Positions 15,949-26,648 are shown, numbered from the stretch's first letter. The stretch: 41,751 nt of DNA from a virus (IMGVR_UViG_2563366965_000001:1-41751), one strand, 5' to 3'. The notes: generated by a model not told the origin, from the letters alone. Numbers and translations: made by a program.

Positions 15949-16425
15949 ATGCAGGTACTAAATTCCCAGCGTAAAGCTTTCCTTGATATGGTGGCTTGGT
16001 CAGAAGGAACGGATAACGGACGACAACCGACACGTAACCACGGTTATGACGTTATTGTCGGTGGTGAACTCTTCACTGATTACTCCGATCACCCTCGCAA
16101 ACTTGTCACGCTAAACCCGAAACTCAAGTCAACAGCCGCCGGACGTTACCAGCTTCTTTCACGCTGGTGGGATGCTTACCGTAAACAGCTTGGCCTGAAA
16201 GATTTTTCTCCAGAAAGCCAGGACGCTGTAGCTCTGCAGCAGATTAAAGAGCGTGGCGCTTTACCGATGATTGACCGTGGCAATATTCGTCAGGCAATCG
16301 ACCGTTGCAGCAATATTTGGGCTTCATTGCCCGGTGCTGGCTACGGTCAGTATGAACACAAGATCGATAGTCTGATTGCCAAATTCAAAGAAGCTGGCGG
16401 GGTGGTTAATGAAACTTCGCTATAA
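15949..16425 (+). CDS. R: Endolysin, lambda R-type lytic transglycosylase
   Basis: 158 aa; closely matches lambda R as I recall it (NSQRKAFLDMVAWSEGTDNGRQ...RNHGYDVIVGG); AAGGAG RBS. Confidence 0.9.
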   Translation: MQVLNSQRKAFLDMVAWSEGTDNGRQPTRNHGYDVIVGGELFTDYSDHPRKLVTLNPKLKSTAAGRYQLLSRWWDAYRKQLGLKDFSPESQDAVALQQIKERGALPMIDRGNIRQAIDRCSNIWASLPGAGYGQYEHKIDSLIAKFKEAGGVVNETSL

Positions 16426-16801
16426 GCTGGTTATTTCTGCTTTCCTCCTGACTTTATTCGGTTCTCTCGTCTGGTCAGCTAACCACTACCACAGCAAATA
16501 CCAGCGCGAAAAGAAACGTGCTGATGAGGCTGTACAAAATGCCGAATCGGCAACCGCTATTACCAATAACGTCCTGCAATCACTGCAAATCGTCAATACA
16601 GTTCTGGAGGCTAACCAGCATGCAAAACAGCAGATCACACTGGAGTCACAGAGAACCCAGGAAGATATCAAAGTGGCTGTTGCGGATGATGATTGTGCTT
16701 CACGTCCTGTGCCTGCTGCCGCTGCTGACCGGTTGCGGAAGTACGCGAACAGTTTACGTGCCTATTCCGGCGGTACCGTTGCCAGCAAGCCTGACTACTG
16801 A
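16409..16801 (+). CDS. Rz: i-spanin (Rz-like)
   Basis: N-terminal TMD (LVISAFLLTLFGSLVW) then coiled-coil; start overlaps the endolysin stop. Confidence 0.7.
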   Translation: MKLRYKLVISAFLLTLFGSLVWSANHYHSKYQREKKRADEAVQNAESATAITNNVLQSLQIVNTVLEANQHAKQQITLESQRTQEDIKVAVADDDCASRPVPAAAADRLRKYANSLRAYSGGTVASKPDY

Positions 16802-16958
16802 AACTCCCCAGCCAGTTATTCCCGATCCTCTGACCTATGGGGCCAGCCTGGATCTGAATGTGAGCCTGCTTTCGGCGTTGGGACAATGCAATATTGACAA
16901 AGCGGGGATTAGAAGTATCGAGATGCGCCGTAACGTTTTGCTGGCAGCAGGCAAATAG
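16686..16958 (+). CDS. Rz1: o-spanin (Rz1-like lipoprotein), overlapped architecture
   Basis: +1-frame ORF starting inside Rz; lipobox LLTGC after a signal peptide; proline-rich mature region; extends beyond the Rz stop. Confidence 0.65.
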   Translation: MMIVLHVLCLLPLLTGCGSTRTVYVPIPAVPLPASLTTETPQPVIPDPLTYGASLDLNVSLLSALGQCNIDKAGIRSIEMRRNVLLAAGK

Positions 16959-16984
16959 TCTGGACAAAGAACAGGAATATATTT

Positions 16985-17335
16985 ATGCCTCCTCGAACCC
17001 CAAAAGCCTGCCGCGTTCGCGGCTGCCCCCATACCACCACTGACTCGTCAGGCTATTGCGAAAGGCACAAAAGCGAAGGCTGGAAGCAATACAAGCCAGG
17101 CCAGTCCCGTCATCAGCGCGGTTATGGTTCGAAGTGGGACAGTATCCGCGCGCGCGTCCTGAAGCGTGACAAAGGTTTATGTCAGTTATGTCTGCGTGCC
17201 GGTGTGGTGCGTGAAGCTAAAACCGTTGACCACATCATCCCTAAAGCGCATGGCGGCACCGATGCAGACAGTAATCTGCAGAGCCTGTGCTGGCCGTGCC
17301 ATAAGACGAAGACGGCCCGTGAACGGCTAAAGTGA
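16985..17335 (+). CDS. HNH endonuclease (terminase-associated)
   Basis: Cys-rich N-terminus, HNH core (VDHIIPKAHGG...N...CWPCH); sits immediately upstream of the terminase genes, as HK97 gp74 does in a circularised genome. Confidence 0.8.
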   Translation: MPPRTPKACRVRGCPHTTTDSSGYCERHKSEGWKQYKPGQSRHQRGYGSKWDSIRARVLKRDKGLCQLCLRAGVVREAKTVDHIIPKAHGGTDADSNLQSLCWPCHKTKTARERLK

Positions 17336-17460
17336 TAATAATTCTCAACTGCTTGAGGGGAGGGGCGGGTCAAATCCCTGTGGCCTGACGTCTTCCGGAC
17401 TGCCCGCCCCATCGTTTTTTTATACCCGCGAAAAATGAAATTTAACCAGGAGTGCCGCAT
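17336..17460. other. Candidate cos/packaging-recognition region (also contains a GC-rich hairpin plus T-run)
   Basis: Intergenic between HNH and small terminase; GGGGCGGG (17362-17369) pairs with CCCGCCCC (17403-17410), then TTTTTTT. Assignment by position only. Confidence 0.3.
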
Positions 17461-17955
17461 ATGGCTGGAACGGCGGGGCGTTCCGGGCGTCGCCCCAAGC
17501 CAACGGCGCGCAAGGCGCTGGCCGGAAACCCCGGCAAGCGAGCCCTGAACAAAGATGAACCTGTTTTTACGCCCATCAAAGGTGTTGAGCCACCGGAGTG
17601 GTTCGCTGAAGAGGATCTCCCTCTCGCCACGATCATGTGGCAACTGACAACCAAAGAACTCTGCGGTCAGGGCCTGCTGTGCGTGACTGACCTAGCGGTA
17701 CTTGAGCGGTGGTGCGTGGCCTATGAGTTCTGGCGACGTGCCGTGAAAAATATTGCCAGACAGGGCAACACCATCACCGGTGCAATGGGCGGTATGGTCA
17801 AAAATCCGGAGCTGACCGCCAAAAAAGAACAGGAGTCCGAGATGAGCAGTACGGGGGCAATGCTCGGACTCGACCCCAGCAGCCGCCAGCGTCTGATTGG
17901 CCTGGCGGGGAAGAAGAAAGCCACTAACCCGTTTCTGAAAATCATCGAATCATGA
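17461..17955 (+). CDS. Terminase small subunit (P27 family)
   Basis: [15 protein letters not shown]-terminus characteristic of P27-family TerS; AGGAG RBS 8 nt upstream. Confidence 0.8.
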   Translation: MAGTAGRSGRRPKPTARKALAGNPGKRALNKDEPVFTPIKGVEPPEWFAEEDLPLATIMWQLTTKELCGQGLLCVTDLAVLERWCVAYEFWRRAVKNIARQGNTITGAMGGMVKNPELTAKKEQESEMSSTGAMLGLDPSSRQRLIGLAGKKKATNPFLKIIES

Positions 17956-19685
17956 GCCGGAAATCTTACCCCAACGTAAATGCTGCCAATCAGTATGCCC
18001 GGGATGTCGTGCGCGGAAAGATTGTGGCCTGCCAGTTTGTGATTCAGGCCTGCCAGCGCCATCTTGATGACCTGATGGCGGAAAAAAGTAAGTCGTTTCG
18101 TTACCGCTTCGACAAGGACCTGGCTGAACGGGCCGCCAAATTTATTCAGCTGTTGCCGCACACCAAGGGTGAGTGGGCATTCAAGAGGATGCCCATCACG
18201 CTGGAGCCGTGGCAGCTCTTTGTGATCTGCTGCGCGTTTGGCTGGGTCAATAAAGGCTCCCGGCTGCGCCGCTTCCGGGAGGTGTATACCGAAATCCCCC
18301 GTAAGAACGGCAAATCAGCAATCTCTGCCGGTGTCGCCCTGTATTGTTTTGCCTGTGATAACGAGTTCGGCGCGGAAGTGTATTCCGGTGCCACGACGGA
18401 GAAACAGGCATGGGAAGTCTTTCGTCCGGCAAGACTGATGTGTAAACGCACACCCATGCTGACGGAAGCGTTCGGGATTGAGGTTAACGCCTCAAACATG
18501 AATCGTCCGGAGGATGGCGCGCGGTTTGAACCGCTGATCGGTAACCCCGGTGATGGTTCATCACCCCACTGTGCGGTGGTGGATGAATATCACGAGCACG
18601 CCACCGATGCGCTTTACACCACGATGCTTACCGGGATGGGGGCGCGACGTCAGCCACTGATGTGGGCCATTACTACTGCCGGGTACAACATTGAGGGGCC
18701 GTGCTACGACAAGCGGCGGGAAGTCATCGAGATGCTCAACGGCTCGGTGCCTAACGATGAACTGTTCGGGATCATCTATACCGTTGATGAAGGTGACGAC
18801 TGGACCGACCCGCAGGTGCTGGAAAAAGCCAATCCAAATATTGGCGTGTCGGTTTATCGCGAATTTTTGTTAAGTCAGCAGCAGCGTGCGAAAAATAACG
18901 CCCGTCTGGCAAACGTCTTTAAAACAAAACACCTCAATATCTGGGTGTCGGCGCGTTCGGCGTATTTCAACCTGGTGAGCTGGCAGAGCTGCGAGGATAA
19001 ATCACTGACCCTTGAGCAGTTCGAGGGGCAGCCGTGCATTCTGGCCTTTGACCTGGCGCGTAAGCTGGATATGAACAGCATGGCGCGACTTTATACCCGC
19101 GAGATTGACGGTAAAACGCATTACTACAGTGTGGCCCCGCGTTTCTGGGTACCGTATGACACGGTGTACAGCGTCGAGAAAAATGAAGATCGACGGACAG
19201 CCGAACGCTTTCAGAAATGGGTGGAAATGGGCGTTCTGACCGTTACCGATGGTGCGGAGGTGGATTATCGCTACATCCTCGAGGAGGCCAAAGCGGCGAA
19301 CAAAATCAGCCCGGTCAGTGAGTCACCCATCGACCCCTTCGGGGCGACCGGGTTGTCACATGACCTTGCTGATGAAGACCTGAACCCCGTCACTATCATT
19401 CAGAACTACACCAACATGTCCGACCCGATGAAAGAGCTGGAAGCGGCAATTGAATCGGGGCGCTTTCATCATGATGGCAATCCCATCATGACCTGGTGTA
19501 TCGGCAACGTGGTCGGCAAAACTATTCCGGGTAACGATGATGTGGTGAAGCCCGTCAAAGAGCAGGTGGAAAACAAAATCGATGGTGCAGTTGCGCTGAT
19601 TATGGCGGTTGGCAGAGCCATGCTGTACGAGAAAGAAGACACGCTGTCTGACCACATTGAGTCCTACGGGATCCGCTCGCTTTAA
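17952..19685 (+). CDS. Terminase large subunit
   Basis: 577 aa; Walker A-like IPRKNGKS, Walker B-like AVVDEYHE, C-terminal nuclease region. Confidence 0.9.
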
Positions 19686-19696
19686 CTGAGGTAATT

Positions 19697-19879
19697 ATGA
19701 TCATGCTGATTCTCGCGCCTCTGGTGGGCGTGCTGGGGGCGCTTTTGCTGGCGTATGGTGCCTGGCTGATTTATCCCCCGGCGGGGTTTGTTGTTGCCGG
19801 GGCGTTGTGCCTGTTCTGGTCGTGGCTGGTGGCGCGATATCTCGACCGTACACAGTCGTCTGTCGGCGGAGGTAAATAG
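19697..19879 (+). CDS. Small hydrophobic protein (60 aa)
   Basis: Two predicted TMDs; GAGGT RBS; between terminase and portal. Confidence 0.4.
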
Positions 19880-21120
19880 TGTTCTTTTCGGGATTATTTC
19901 AACGAAAAAGTGACGCACCGGTGACCACGCCAGCAGAGCTGGCGGATGCTATCGGGTTGTCCTACGACACCTATACCGGAAAGCAGATCAGCAGCCAGCG
20001 GGCCATGCGACTGACGGCGGTTTTTTCCTGTGTCAGGGTGCTGGCGGAGTCGGTCGGGATGTTGCCCTGCAACCTGTATCACCTGAACGGCAGTCTGAAG
20101 CAGAGAGCCGCTGGCGAACGTCTGCATAAGCTGATCTCCACGCATCCCAATGGCTATATGACGCCGCAGGAGTTCTGGGAGCTGGTGGTCACCTGTCTGT
20201 GCCTGCGGGGAAACTTTTACGCCTACAAAGTGAAAGCATTTGGCGAAGTGGCTGAACTGCTGCCCGTCGATCCCGGCTGTGTGGTACCGAAGCTTAACAG
20301 TAGCTGGGAGCCGGTCTATCAGGTCACATTCCCGGATGGCTCCACGGATGTACTGAGCCAGGAGGATATCTGGCATGTGCGCACGCTGACGCTGGACGGA
20401 CTGGTGGGGCTGAATCCCATCGCCTATGCCCGCGAGGCAATATCGCTGGCGGCAGCGACCGAAGAGCACGGGGCCAGACTGTTCAGCAATGGCGCGGTGA
20501 CGTCGGGTGTGTTGCGTACAGAGCAGACGCTGTCAGATCAGGCTTATGAGCGCCTGAAGAAAGATTTTGAGGAGCGTCACACCGGGCTTGGCAATGCTCA
20601 CCGCCCGATGATCCTTGAGATGGGGCTGGACTGGAAGTCGATGGCGCTGAACGCCGAGGACAGCCAGTTCCTGGAAACCCGCAAGTTTCAGCTTGAAGAA
20701 ATCTGTCGTCTGTTCCGGGTGCCGTTGCACATGGTGCAGAACACCGATCGCGCCACCTTCAACAATATCGAAGAGCTGGGGCTGGGATTTATCAACTATT
20801 CACTGGTGCCGTATCTGACCCGCATCGAACAGCGGATCAACACCGGACTGGTACGAAAAAGTAAGCAGGGCGTTTATTACGCCAAATTTAACGCCGGGGC
20901 GTTACTGCGCGGGGATATGAAGTCCCGTTTTGAAGCCTACGCCACCGGGATCAACTGGGGAATTTACTCTCCCAATGACTGCCGCGACCTGGAAGATATG
21001 AATCCACGACCCGGTGGTGATGTCTATCTCACACCGATGAACATGACCACGAAACCCTCCGATGGCAGTAAAGCCGGTAAGCAGAAGGATAACGCCAATG
21101 CAGACGAAACAACGTCTTGA
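19879..21120 (+). CDS. Portal protein (HK97 family)
   Basis: 413 aa, position after TerL; GTG start with GGAGGT RBS. Confidence 0.85.
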   Translation: MFFSGLFQRKSDAPVTTPAELADAIGLSYDTYTGKQISSQRAMRLTAVFSCVRVLAESVGMLPCNLYHLNGSLKQRAAGERLHKLISTHPNGYMTPQEFWELVVTCLCLRGNFYAYKVKAFGEVAELLPVDPGCVVPKLNSSWEPVYQVTFPDGSTDVLSQEDIWHVRTLTLDGLVGLNPIAYAREAISLAAATEEHGARLFSNGAVTSGVLRTEQTLSDQAYERLKKDFEERHTGLGNAHRPMILEMGLDWKSMALNAEDSQFLETRKFQLEEICRLFRVPLHMVQNTDRATFNNIEELGLGFINYSLVPYLTRIEQRINTGLVRKSKQGVYYAKFNAGALLRGDMKSRFEAYATGINWGIYSPNDCRDLEDMNPRPGGDVYLTPMNMTTKPSDGSKAGKQKDNANADETTS

Positions 21121-21748
21121 TGTACCGCTGAGTCTGAAATCTGTCAGTGACTCCGGTGAGTTTGAAGGGTATGGCTCCGTCTTTGGTGTAAAGGACAGCC
21201 ACGATGATGTGGTGATGTCCGGGGCATTTGCTGCTTCCCTGCGGGCGTGGAGTGACAGAAAAGCGTTACCTGCGCTGCTCTGGCAGCACCGCATGGATGA
21301 ACCCATCGGTGTTTACACCGAAATGAAGGAAGACGATGTCGGGCTTTACGTCAGGGGACGGTTGCTTATTGATGATGATCCCCTCGCAAAACGCGCACAT
21401 GCACACATGAAGGCCGGTTCGTTAACCGGCCTTTCTATTGGGTACGTCCTGAAAGACTGGGAATACGACCGGAGCAAAGAAGCCTTTCTGCTGAAAGAAA
21501 TCGACCTCTGGGAAGTCAGCCTGGTGACGTTCCCGTCTAACGACGAGGCGCGGATCAGCGACGTCAAGAACGCACTGGCCCGCGGGGAAATCCCCGAACA
21601 GAAAAAAATCGAAAGAGTCCTGCGTGATGTCGGACTCTCCCGTACCCAGGCCAAAGCATTCATGGCCGGGGGCTATGGCGCACTGTCCCTGCGCGACGCT
21701 GAGGATGTGGGCTCTGCACTGAATGCACTGAAAAATCTGAACTTCTAA
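21098..21748 (+). CDS. Prohead protease (HK97 family)
   Basis: Start at ATG 21098 (AAGGATAA RBS); conserved His/Ser-containing region. Confidence 0.8.
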   Translation: MQTKQRLDVPLSLKSVSDSGEFEGYGSVFGVKDSHDDVVMSGAFAASLRAWSDRKALPALLWQHRMDEPIGVYTEMKEDDVGLYVRGRLLIDDDPLAKRAHAHMKAGSLTGLSIGYVLKDWEYDRSKEAFLLKEIDLWEVSLVTFPSNDEARISDVKNALARGEIPEQKKIERVLRDVGLSRTQAKAFMAGGYGALSLRDAEDVGSALNALKNLNF

Positions 21749-21762
21749 TCAGGAGAAATACG

Positions 21763-22968
21763 ATGGCGGTTGATATTAAAGATGTCGAACAGGTCGCGCA
21801 GGAGCTGCAGCAGAAGTTTGACGACTTCAAAGCAAAGAACGACAAGCGCGTGGATGCGATTGAGCAGGAAAAAGGCAAGCTTGCCGGGCAGGTGGAAACC
21901 CTGAACGGGAAACTCAGCGAGCTGGAAAATCTCAAAAGCGACCTTGAAAAAGAGCTGCTTGAGCTGAAACGTCCGGCAGGTGGAGCGCAAAATAAACTGG
22001 CCACCGAGCATAAAGAGGCGTTTGTGGGCTTCCTGCGTAAAGGCCGTGAAGACGGTCTGCGCGATCTGGAGCGTAAGGCATTGCAGGTGGGTACCGATGA
22101 AGACGGTGGCTACGCCGTGCCGGAAGAACTGGATCGCAACATTCTTAACCTGCTGAAAGATGAAGTGGTGATGCGTCAGGAAGCCACGGTGATCACCGTT
22201 GGCGGTTCCGACTACAAAAAACTGGTGAATCTGGGCGGTACGGCTTCCGGATGGGTGGGGGAAACGGATACGCGATCCCAGACTGCCACCTCCAGACTGG
22301 AGCTGATTGAACCTCTCATGGGGGAAATCTACGGCAACCCGCAGGCTACCCAGAAAATGCTGGACGATGCCTTCTTCAACGTGGAGGCCTGGATCAACAG
22401 CGAGCTGGCAACCGAATTTGCCGAACAGGAAGAAATTGCCTTTACCTCAGGCGATGGCACCAAGAAGCCGAAAGGGTTCCTGGCGTATGAATCCACTGAT
22501 GAAACCGACAAGGTCCGGGCGTTCGGCAAACTTCAGCATATTGTATCCGGCGAAGCGACCGCGGTGACCGCAGACGCCATTATCAAACTGATTTACACGC
22601 TGCGTAAGGCACACCGCACTGGCGCGAAGTTCATGATGAACAACAACAGCCTGTTTGCCATCCGTCTGCTGAAAGACACCGAGGGTAACTATCTGTGGCG
22701 TCCGGGGCTGGAACTGGGGCAGCCGTCCTCTCTGGCGGGTTACGGTATCGCTGAAAACGAACAGATGCCGGATATCGCCGCTGATGCGAAAGCCATTGCA
22801 TTTGGTAACTTCAAACGGGGTTACACCATCGTTGACCGTATCGGCACCCGCATTCTGCGTGACCCGTACACCAATAAACCGTTTGTCGGTTTTTATACCA
22901 CCAAGCGCACCGGCGGGATGCTGGTCGATTCGCAGGCCATCAAACTGCTGAAGATTGCAGCGGCGTAA
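21763..22968 (+). CDS. Major capsid protein (HK97 fold)
   Basis: 401 aa with N-terminal coiled-coil delta/scaffold-like region (residues about 1-100) followed by the capsid domain; AGGAGA RBS. Confidence 0.85.
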   Translation: MAVDIKDVEQVAQELQQKFDDFKAKNDKRVDAIEQEKGKLAGQVETLNGKLSELENLKSDLEKELLELKRPAGGAQNKLATEHKEAFVGFLRKGREDGLRDLERKALQVGTDEDGGYAVPEELDRNILNLLKDEVVMRQEATVITVGGSDYKKLVNLGGTASGWVGETDTRSQTATSRLELIEPLMGEIYGNPQATQKMLDDAFFNVEAWINSELATEFAEQEEIAFTSGDGTKKPKGFLAYESTDETDKVRAFGKLQHIVSGEATAVTADAIIKLIYTLRKAHRTGAKFMMNNNSLFAIRLLKDTEGNYLWRPGLELGQPSSLAGYGIAENEQMPDIAADAKAIAFGNFKRGYTIVDRIGTRILRDPYTNKPFVGFYTTKRTGGMLVDSQAIKLLKIAAA

Positions 22969-22973
22969 TCACT

Positions 22974-22997
22974 CAGGGGCGCGGAACCGCGCCCCCT
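22974..22997 (+). terminator. Strong 10-bp GC hairpin after the capsid gene (terminator or mRNA-stabilising element; no poly-T)
   Basis: CAGGGGCGCG-GAAC-CGCGCCCCTG perfect stem. Confidence 0.45.
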
Positions 22998-23017
22998 GTT
23001 CTGACGGGTGAAGAATC

Positions 23018-23218
23018 ATGATCCTGAAACAAGATCTGAAATGGTCACCGGACGGTATGCGTGTTGAGGTCATTCGGGCCGGTGAGTATGACGACGGGGC
23101 GCTTCCTGCCCGGGTGCAGGAGATTGCACTTCAGGCCGGGTTAGCAGAGCGCGGAATCAGTGCAAAAAGCAGTAAAGCGGCAAAAGAGAAAAAAGCCACG
23201 ACCAGTAAAGAGGGCTGA
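23018..23218 (+). CDS. Hypothetical small protein (66 aa)
   Basis: ORF between capsid and connector genes. Confidence 0.4.
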   Translation: MILKQDLKWSPDGMRVEVIRAGEYDDGALPARVQEIALQAGLAERGISAKSSKAAKEKKATTSKEG

Positions 23219-23220
23219 GT

Positions 23221-23544
23221 ATGCTTCTGACAATGGAAGAGATTAAAGCCCAACTCCGGCTGGATGAGGATTTCGATGCTGATGACCGCCATCTGCAACG
23301 GCTGGCCTGTGCGGCGCAAAAGCGGACGGAAACGTATCTGAACCGGAAGCTCTATGCTCCGGATGAAACCATTCCGGACAGCGATCCGGACGGGCTGCAC
23401 CTGCCGGATGATATTCGTCTGGGGATGCTGATGCTTATCAGCCATTTTTACGAAAACCGCTCGTCGGTTACGGAAGTGGAGAAACTCGACATGCCGCAGA
23501 GTTTTGGCTGGCTTGTCGGCCCGTACAGGTACTTTCCGCAATGA
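23221..23544 (+). CDS. Head-tail connector protein (gp6-like)
   Basis: 107 aa; position and overall composition typical of gp6-like head-tail connectors. Confidence 0.6.
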   Translation: MLLTMEEIKAQLRLDEDFDADDRHLQRLACAAQKRTETYLNRKLYAPDETIPDSDPDGLHLPDDIRLGMLMLISHFYENRSSVTEVEKLDMPQSFGWLVGPYRYFPQ

Positions 23545-23951
23545 AAATTCGTCAGGCGCAGACCAGCGCAACCTACATTCTGCCGGACCCCGGTGAACTG
23601 AATAAACGCGTCCTGATCCGCCAGCGGGTGGATATGCCCGCGGATAACTTTGGCGTGGATCCTCAATACCCGGTTGCGTTCCGGACATGGGCGAAGGTTG
23701 TCCAGACCAGTGCCACCACCTGGCAGGAAACCGCGCAGACCGGGGACGCCATCACCCATTACATCACCATTCGTTACCGCCGGGGGATCACCGCTGATTA
23801 TGAGGTGGTCTGCGGTGACAGTGTGTACCGGGTGAAACGTCAGCGCGATCTGAACGGGGCGCGGCGCTTTCTGCTGCTGGAGTGTACGGAACTGGGCGAA
23901 TTTACGCAGAGTCACGGAGGCAGCAATGGCGACTCCCTTTTTTCACGTTGA
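23541..23951 (+). CDS. Head-tail adaptor / head closure protein
   Basis: 136 aa, overlapping start; position. Confidence 0.55.
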   Translation: MKIRQAQTSATYILPDPGELNKRVLIRQRVDMPADNFGVDPQYPVAFRTWAKVVQTSATTWQETAQTGDAITHYITIRYRRGITADYEVVCGDSVYRVKRQRDLNGARRFLLLECTELGEFTQSHGGSNGDSLFSR

Positions 23952-24432
23952 TGTTCAGCAGCCCGCGGAGATGCGCTTTAACCGTGCCCGTGTCCGGCGG
24001 GCGTTTGTCACGATTGGGCAGCGTCATATGCGTGATGCCCGTCGGCTGGTGATGCGCCGTGCGCGGTCGGCACCGGGTGAAAACCCCGGTTATCAGACCG
24101 GACGCCTGGCTCGTTCGATTGGTTACATGGTGCCGGGAGCCAGTAAAAAGCGAGCCGGTTTTATGACACGCATTGCCCCTAACCAGCGCAACGGGAAGGG
24201 GAACCGGATGATCTCTGGTGACTTCTATCCGGCGTTTCTGTTTTTTGGTGTCCGGGGAGGAGCAAAGCGTCGTCGCAGCCATCATCGTGGTGCATCCGGT
24301 GGCAGCGGCTGGCGACTGGCTCCACGTAATAACTTTATGGTGGAAACGCTTGAAAAGAACCGCAGCTGGACACGCTATTTTCTGGCGCGGGAATTACGTA
24401 AATCACTGAAGCCGGAGCGACGACACAGATGA
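23926..24432 (+). CDS. HK97 gp10-family tail-component protein
   Basis: 168 aa; arginine-rich, position. Confidence 0.6.
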   Translation: MATPFFHVDVQQPAEMRFNRARVRRAFVTIGQRHMRDARRLVMRRARSAPGENPGYQTGRLARSIGYMVPGASKKRAGFMTRIAPNQRNGKGNRMISGDFYPAFLFFGVRGGAKRRRSHHRGASGGSGWRLAPRNNFMVETLEKNRSWTRYFLARELRKSLKPERRHR

Positions 24433-24989
24433 AACTGACGCCTGTTATTGCTGCGCTGCGTGCCCGCTGCCCGTATTTTGAAAACCGGGTGGCAGGCGCG
24501 GCACAGTTCAAAAATCTGCCGGAGGTCGGAAAGCTGAGACTCCCGGCGGCGTATGTGGTACCGGGTGATGACTCTCCGGGAGAAAACAAAAGCCAGACCG
24601 ACTACTGGCAGGAGCTGAAAGAGGGCTTCTCCGTGGTTGTCATACTGAGTAACGGGCGTGATGAGCGCGGTCAGTTTGCTTCGTATGATGTGGTGGACGA
24701 TGTCCGGCAGATGCTCTTTAAGGCCCTGCTGGGCTGGAACCCGGAAGCGTGCGGTAACCCGATTACCTATGACGGCGGCACGCTGCTGGATCTGAATCGT
24801 CATGAGCTGATTTATCAGTTCGATTTTTCGGTCATCAGCGAGCTGACCGAAGACGATACCCGCCAGCAGGATGACCTGAACAGTCTGGATGAACTGCGAA
24901 CGCTGGCGATTGATGTTGATTATCTCGATCCCGGTAACGGGCCTGACGGCGATATCGAACATCACACCGAAATAACCCTTCCTTCCTGA
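24429..24989 (+). CDS. Tail terminator/completion-like protein (Mu gp37-like, tentative)
   Basis: 186 aa, immediately upstream of the sheath module. Confidence 0.4.
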   Translation: MKLTPVIAALRARCPYFENRVAGAAQFKNLPEVGKLRLPAAYVVPGDDSPGENKSQTDYWQELKEGFSVVVILSNGRDERGQFASYDVVDDVRQMLFKALLGWNPEACGNPITYDGGTLLDLNRHELIYQFDFSVISELTEDDTRQQDDLNSLDELRTLAIDVDYLDPGNGPDGDIEHHTEITLPS

Positions 24990-24997
24990 GAATCTTC

Positions 24998-25168
24998 ATG
25001 TTTGTGAAACCTGTTAAAGGGCGGTCAGTTCCTGACCCTGCCCGTGGCGACCTTTTGCCCGCCGAGGGGCGAAATGTTGACGAGAACAACTACTGGCTGC
25101 GCCGTGAAGCAGCGGGTGATATCCGGCGCGTGAATAAAAAGGTGAATACCGATGACGATAAGCTTTAA
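24998..25168 (+). CDS. Small protein (56 aa, MFVKPVKGRSVPDPARGDLLPAEG...), DUF2635-like; absent from the supplied ORF track
   Basis: ATG 8 nt after the upstream stop; resembles the small Mu-like protein encoded just before the sheath gene; overlaps the sheath start by 17 nt. Confidence 0.5.
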   Translation: MFVKPVKGRSVPDPARGDLLPAEGRNVDENNYWLRREAAGDIRRVNKKVNTDDDKL

Positions 25169-26648
25169 CACCATTCCGTCGAATACGCTGGTTCCGTTGT
25201 TTTATGCGGAAATGGATAACCAGGCGGCGAATACTGCACAGGACAGCGGAGCATCACTGCTGATTGGTCATGCCAATAACGGTGCAGAGATTGTTGCCAA
25301 CAGTCTGGTGCTGATGCCGTCGGCAGACTATGCACGCCAGATTTGTGGTGCGGGAAGTCAGCTGGCGCGTATGGTCGAGGCTTATCGCCAGACCGACCCG
25401 TTTGGTGAGCTGTATGTGATTGCCGTTCCTGAATCCACGGGCGCGGCGGCAACGGTTACGCTGACGGTGACCGGGGCGGCAACCGAAACCGGCACGGTGA
25501 ATGTGTATGTGGGACGTACCCGCGTGCAGGCACCGGTGACTAACGGCGATAACGTCACGATGATTGCCAGCAGTATCCAGGATGCCATCAATGCCGTTCC
25601 GACCCTGCCGTTTACGGCTTCATCTTCGGCAGGCGTGGTCACACTGACCGCGCGTCATAAGGGGCTTTGCGGGAATGAAATTCCTGTCAGCCTCAATTAC
25701 TACGGCTTTGGTGGGGGCGAAGTGCTGCCAGCGGGCGTAAAGATTGCCGTGGCGACGGGGACCGCCGGAACGGGCTCTCCTGTTCTCACCGGCGCGGTGG
25801 CTGCAATGGCGGATGAGCCGTTTGATTATATCGGCCTGCCGTTCAACGACACGGCCTCCGTTAACACGCTGGTGACCGAGATGAACGATACCAGCGGTCG
25901 CTGGAGCTATGCGCGTCAGCTGTATGGTCATGTGTATACGGCAAAGATCGGCACGTTGTCAGAACTGGTGACCGCAGGTGACCAGTTTAACCAGCAGCAC
26001 ATTACCCTGGCGGGGTACGAAAAAGAGACCCAGACGCCTGCCGACGAGCTGGCGGCAAGCCGTACCGCCCGCGCAGCGGTGTTTATTCGCAACGATCCGG
26101 CACGTCCCACGCAGACCGGTGAGCTGGTGGGTATGCTGCCTGCGCCGAAGGGGAAACGGTTCACGATGACCGAGCAACAGACCCTGCTGTCTCATGGCGT
26201 GGCAACGGCGTATGTCGAAAGTGGGGTACTACGCATTCAGCGTGATGTCACCACGTACAGGAAAAACGCTTACGGGGTTGCGGATAACAGCTACCTCGAC
26301 AGTGAGACGCTGCATACCAGCGCGTATGTACTGCGCAAACTGAAATCCGTTATTACCAGTAAGTACGGGCGTCACAAGCTTGCCAGTGACGGTACCCGCT
26401 TTGGTCCCGGTCAGGCGATTGTCACCCCGGCGGTGATCAAAGGGGAACTGCTGGCAACCTACCGTCAGCTCGAGCGTGCGGGGATCGTGGAAAACTACGA
26501 ACTGTTTAAGCAGTACCTGGTTGTGGAGCGTGATGCCAGCGATCCGAACCGCCTGAACACGCTGTTCCCGCCTGACTATGTTAACCAGTTGCGTGTTTTT
26601 GCCGTGGTTAACCAGTTCCGTCTTCAGTATTCAGAGGAGTCTGCATAA
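25152..26648 (+). CDS. Contractile tail sheath protein
   Basis: 498 aa; position before the tube gene; AAGGTGA RBS. Confidence 0.8.
   Translation: MTISFNTIPSNTLVPLFYAEMDNQAANTAQDSGASLLIGHANNGAEIVANSLVLMPSADYARQICGAGSQLARMVEAYRQTDPFGELYVIAVPESTGAAATVTLTVTGAATETGTVNVYVGRTRVQAPVTNGDNVTMIASSIQDAINAVPTLPFTASSSAGVVTLTARHKGLCGNEIPVSLNYYGFGGGEVLPAGVKIAVATGTAGTGSPVLTGAVAAMADEPFDYIGLPFNDTASVNTLVTEMNDTSGRWSYARQLYGHVYTAKIGTLSELVTAGDQFNQQHITLAGYEKETQTPADELAASRTARAAVFIRNDPARPTQTGELVGMLPAPKGKRFTMTEQQTLLSHGVATAYVESGVLRIQRDVTTYRKNAYGVADNSYLDSETLHTSAYVLRKLKSVITSKYGRHKLASDGTRFGPGQAIVTPAVIKGELLATYRQLERAGIVENYELFKQYLVVERDASDPNRLNTLFPPDYVNQLRVFAVVNQFRLQYSEESA

Noticed and set aside
19894-20469. Antisense ORF inside the portal gene (and similar antisense ORFs such as 24375-24965, 30664-31203, 32933-33391, 40332-40895)
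   Set aside because: Each is embedded antisense within a long, well-supported gene and has no independent signals; typical of GC-rich coding DNA.
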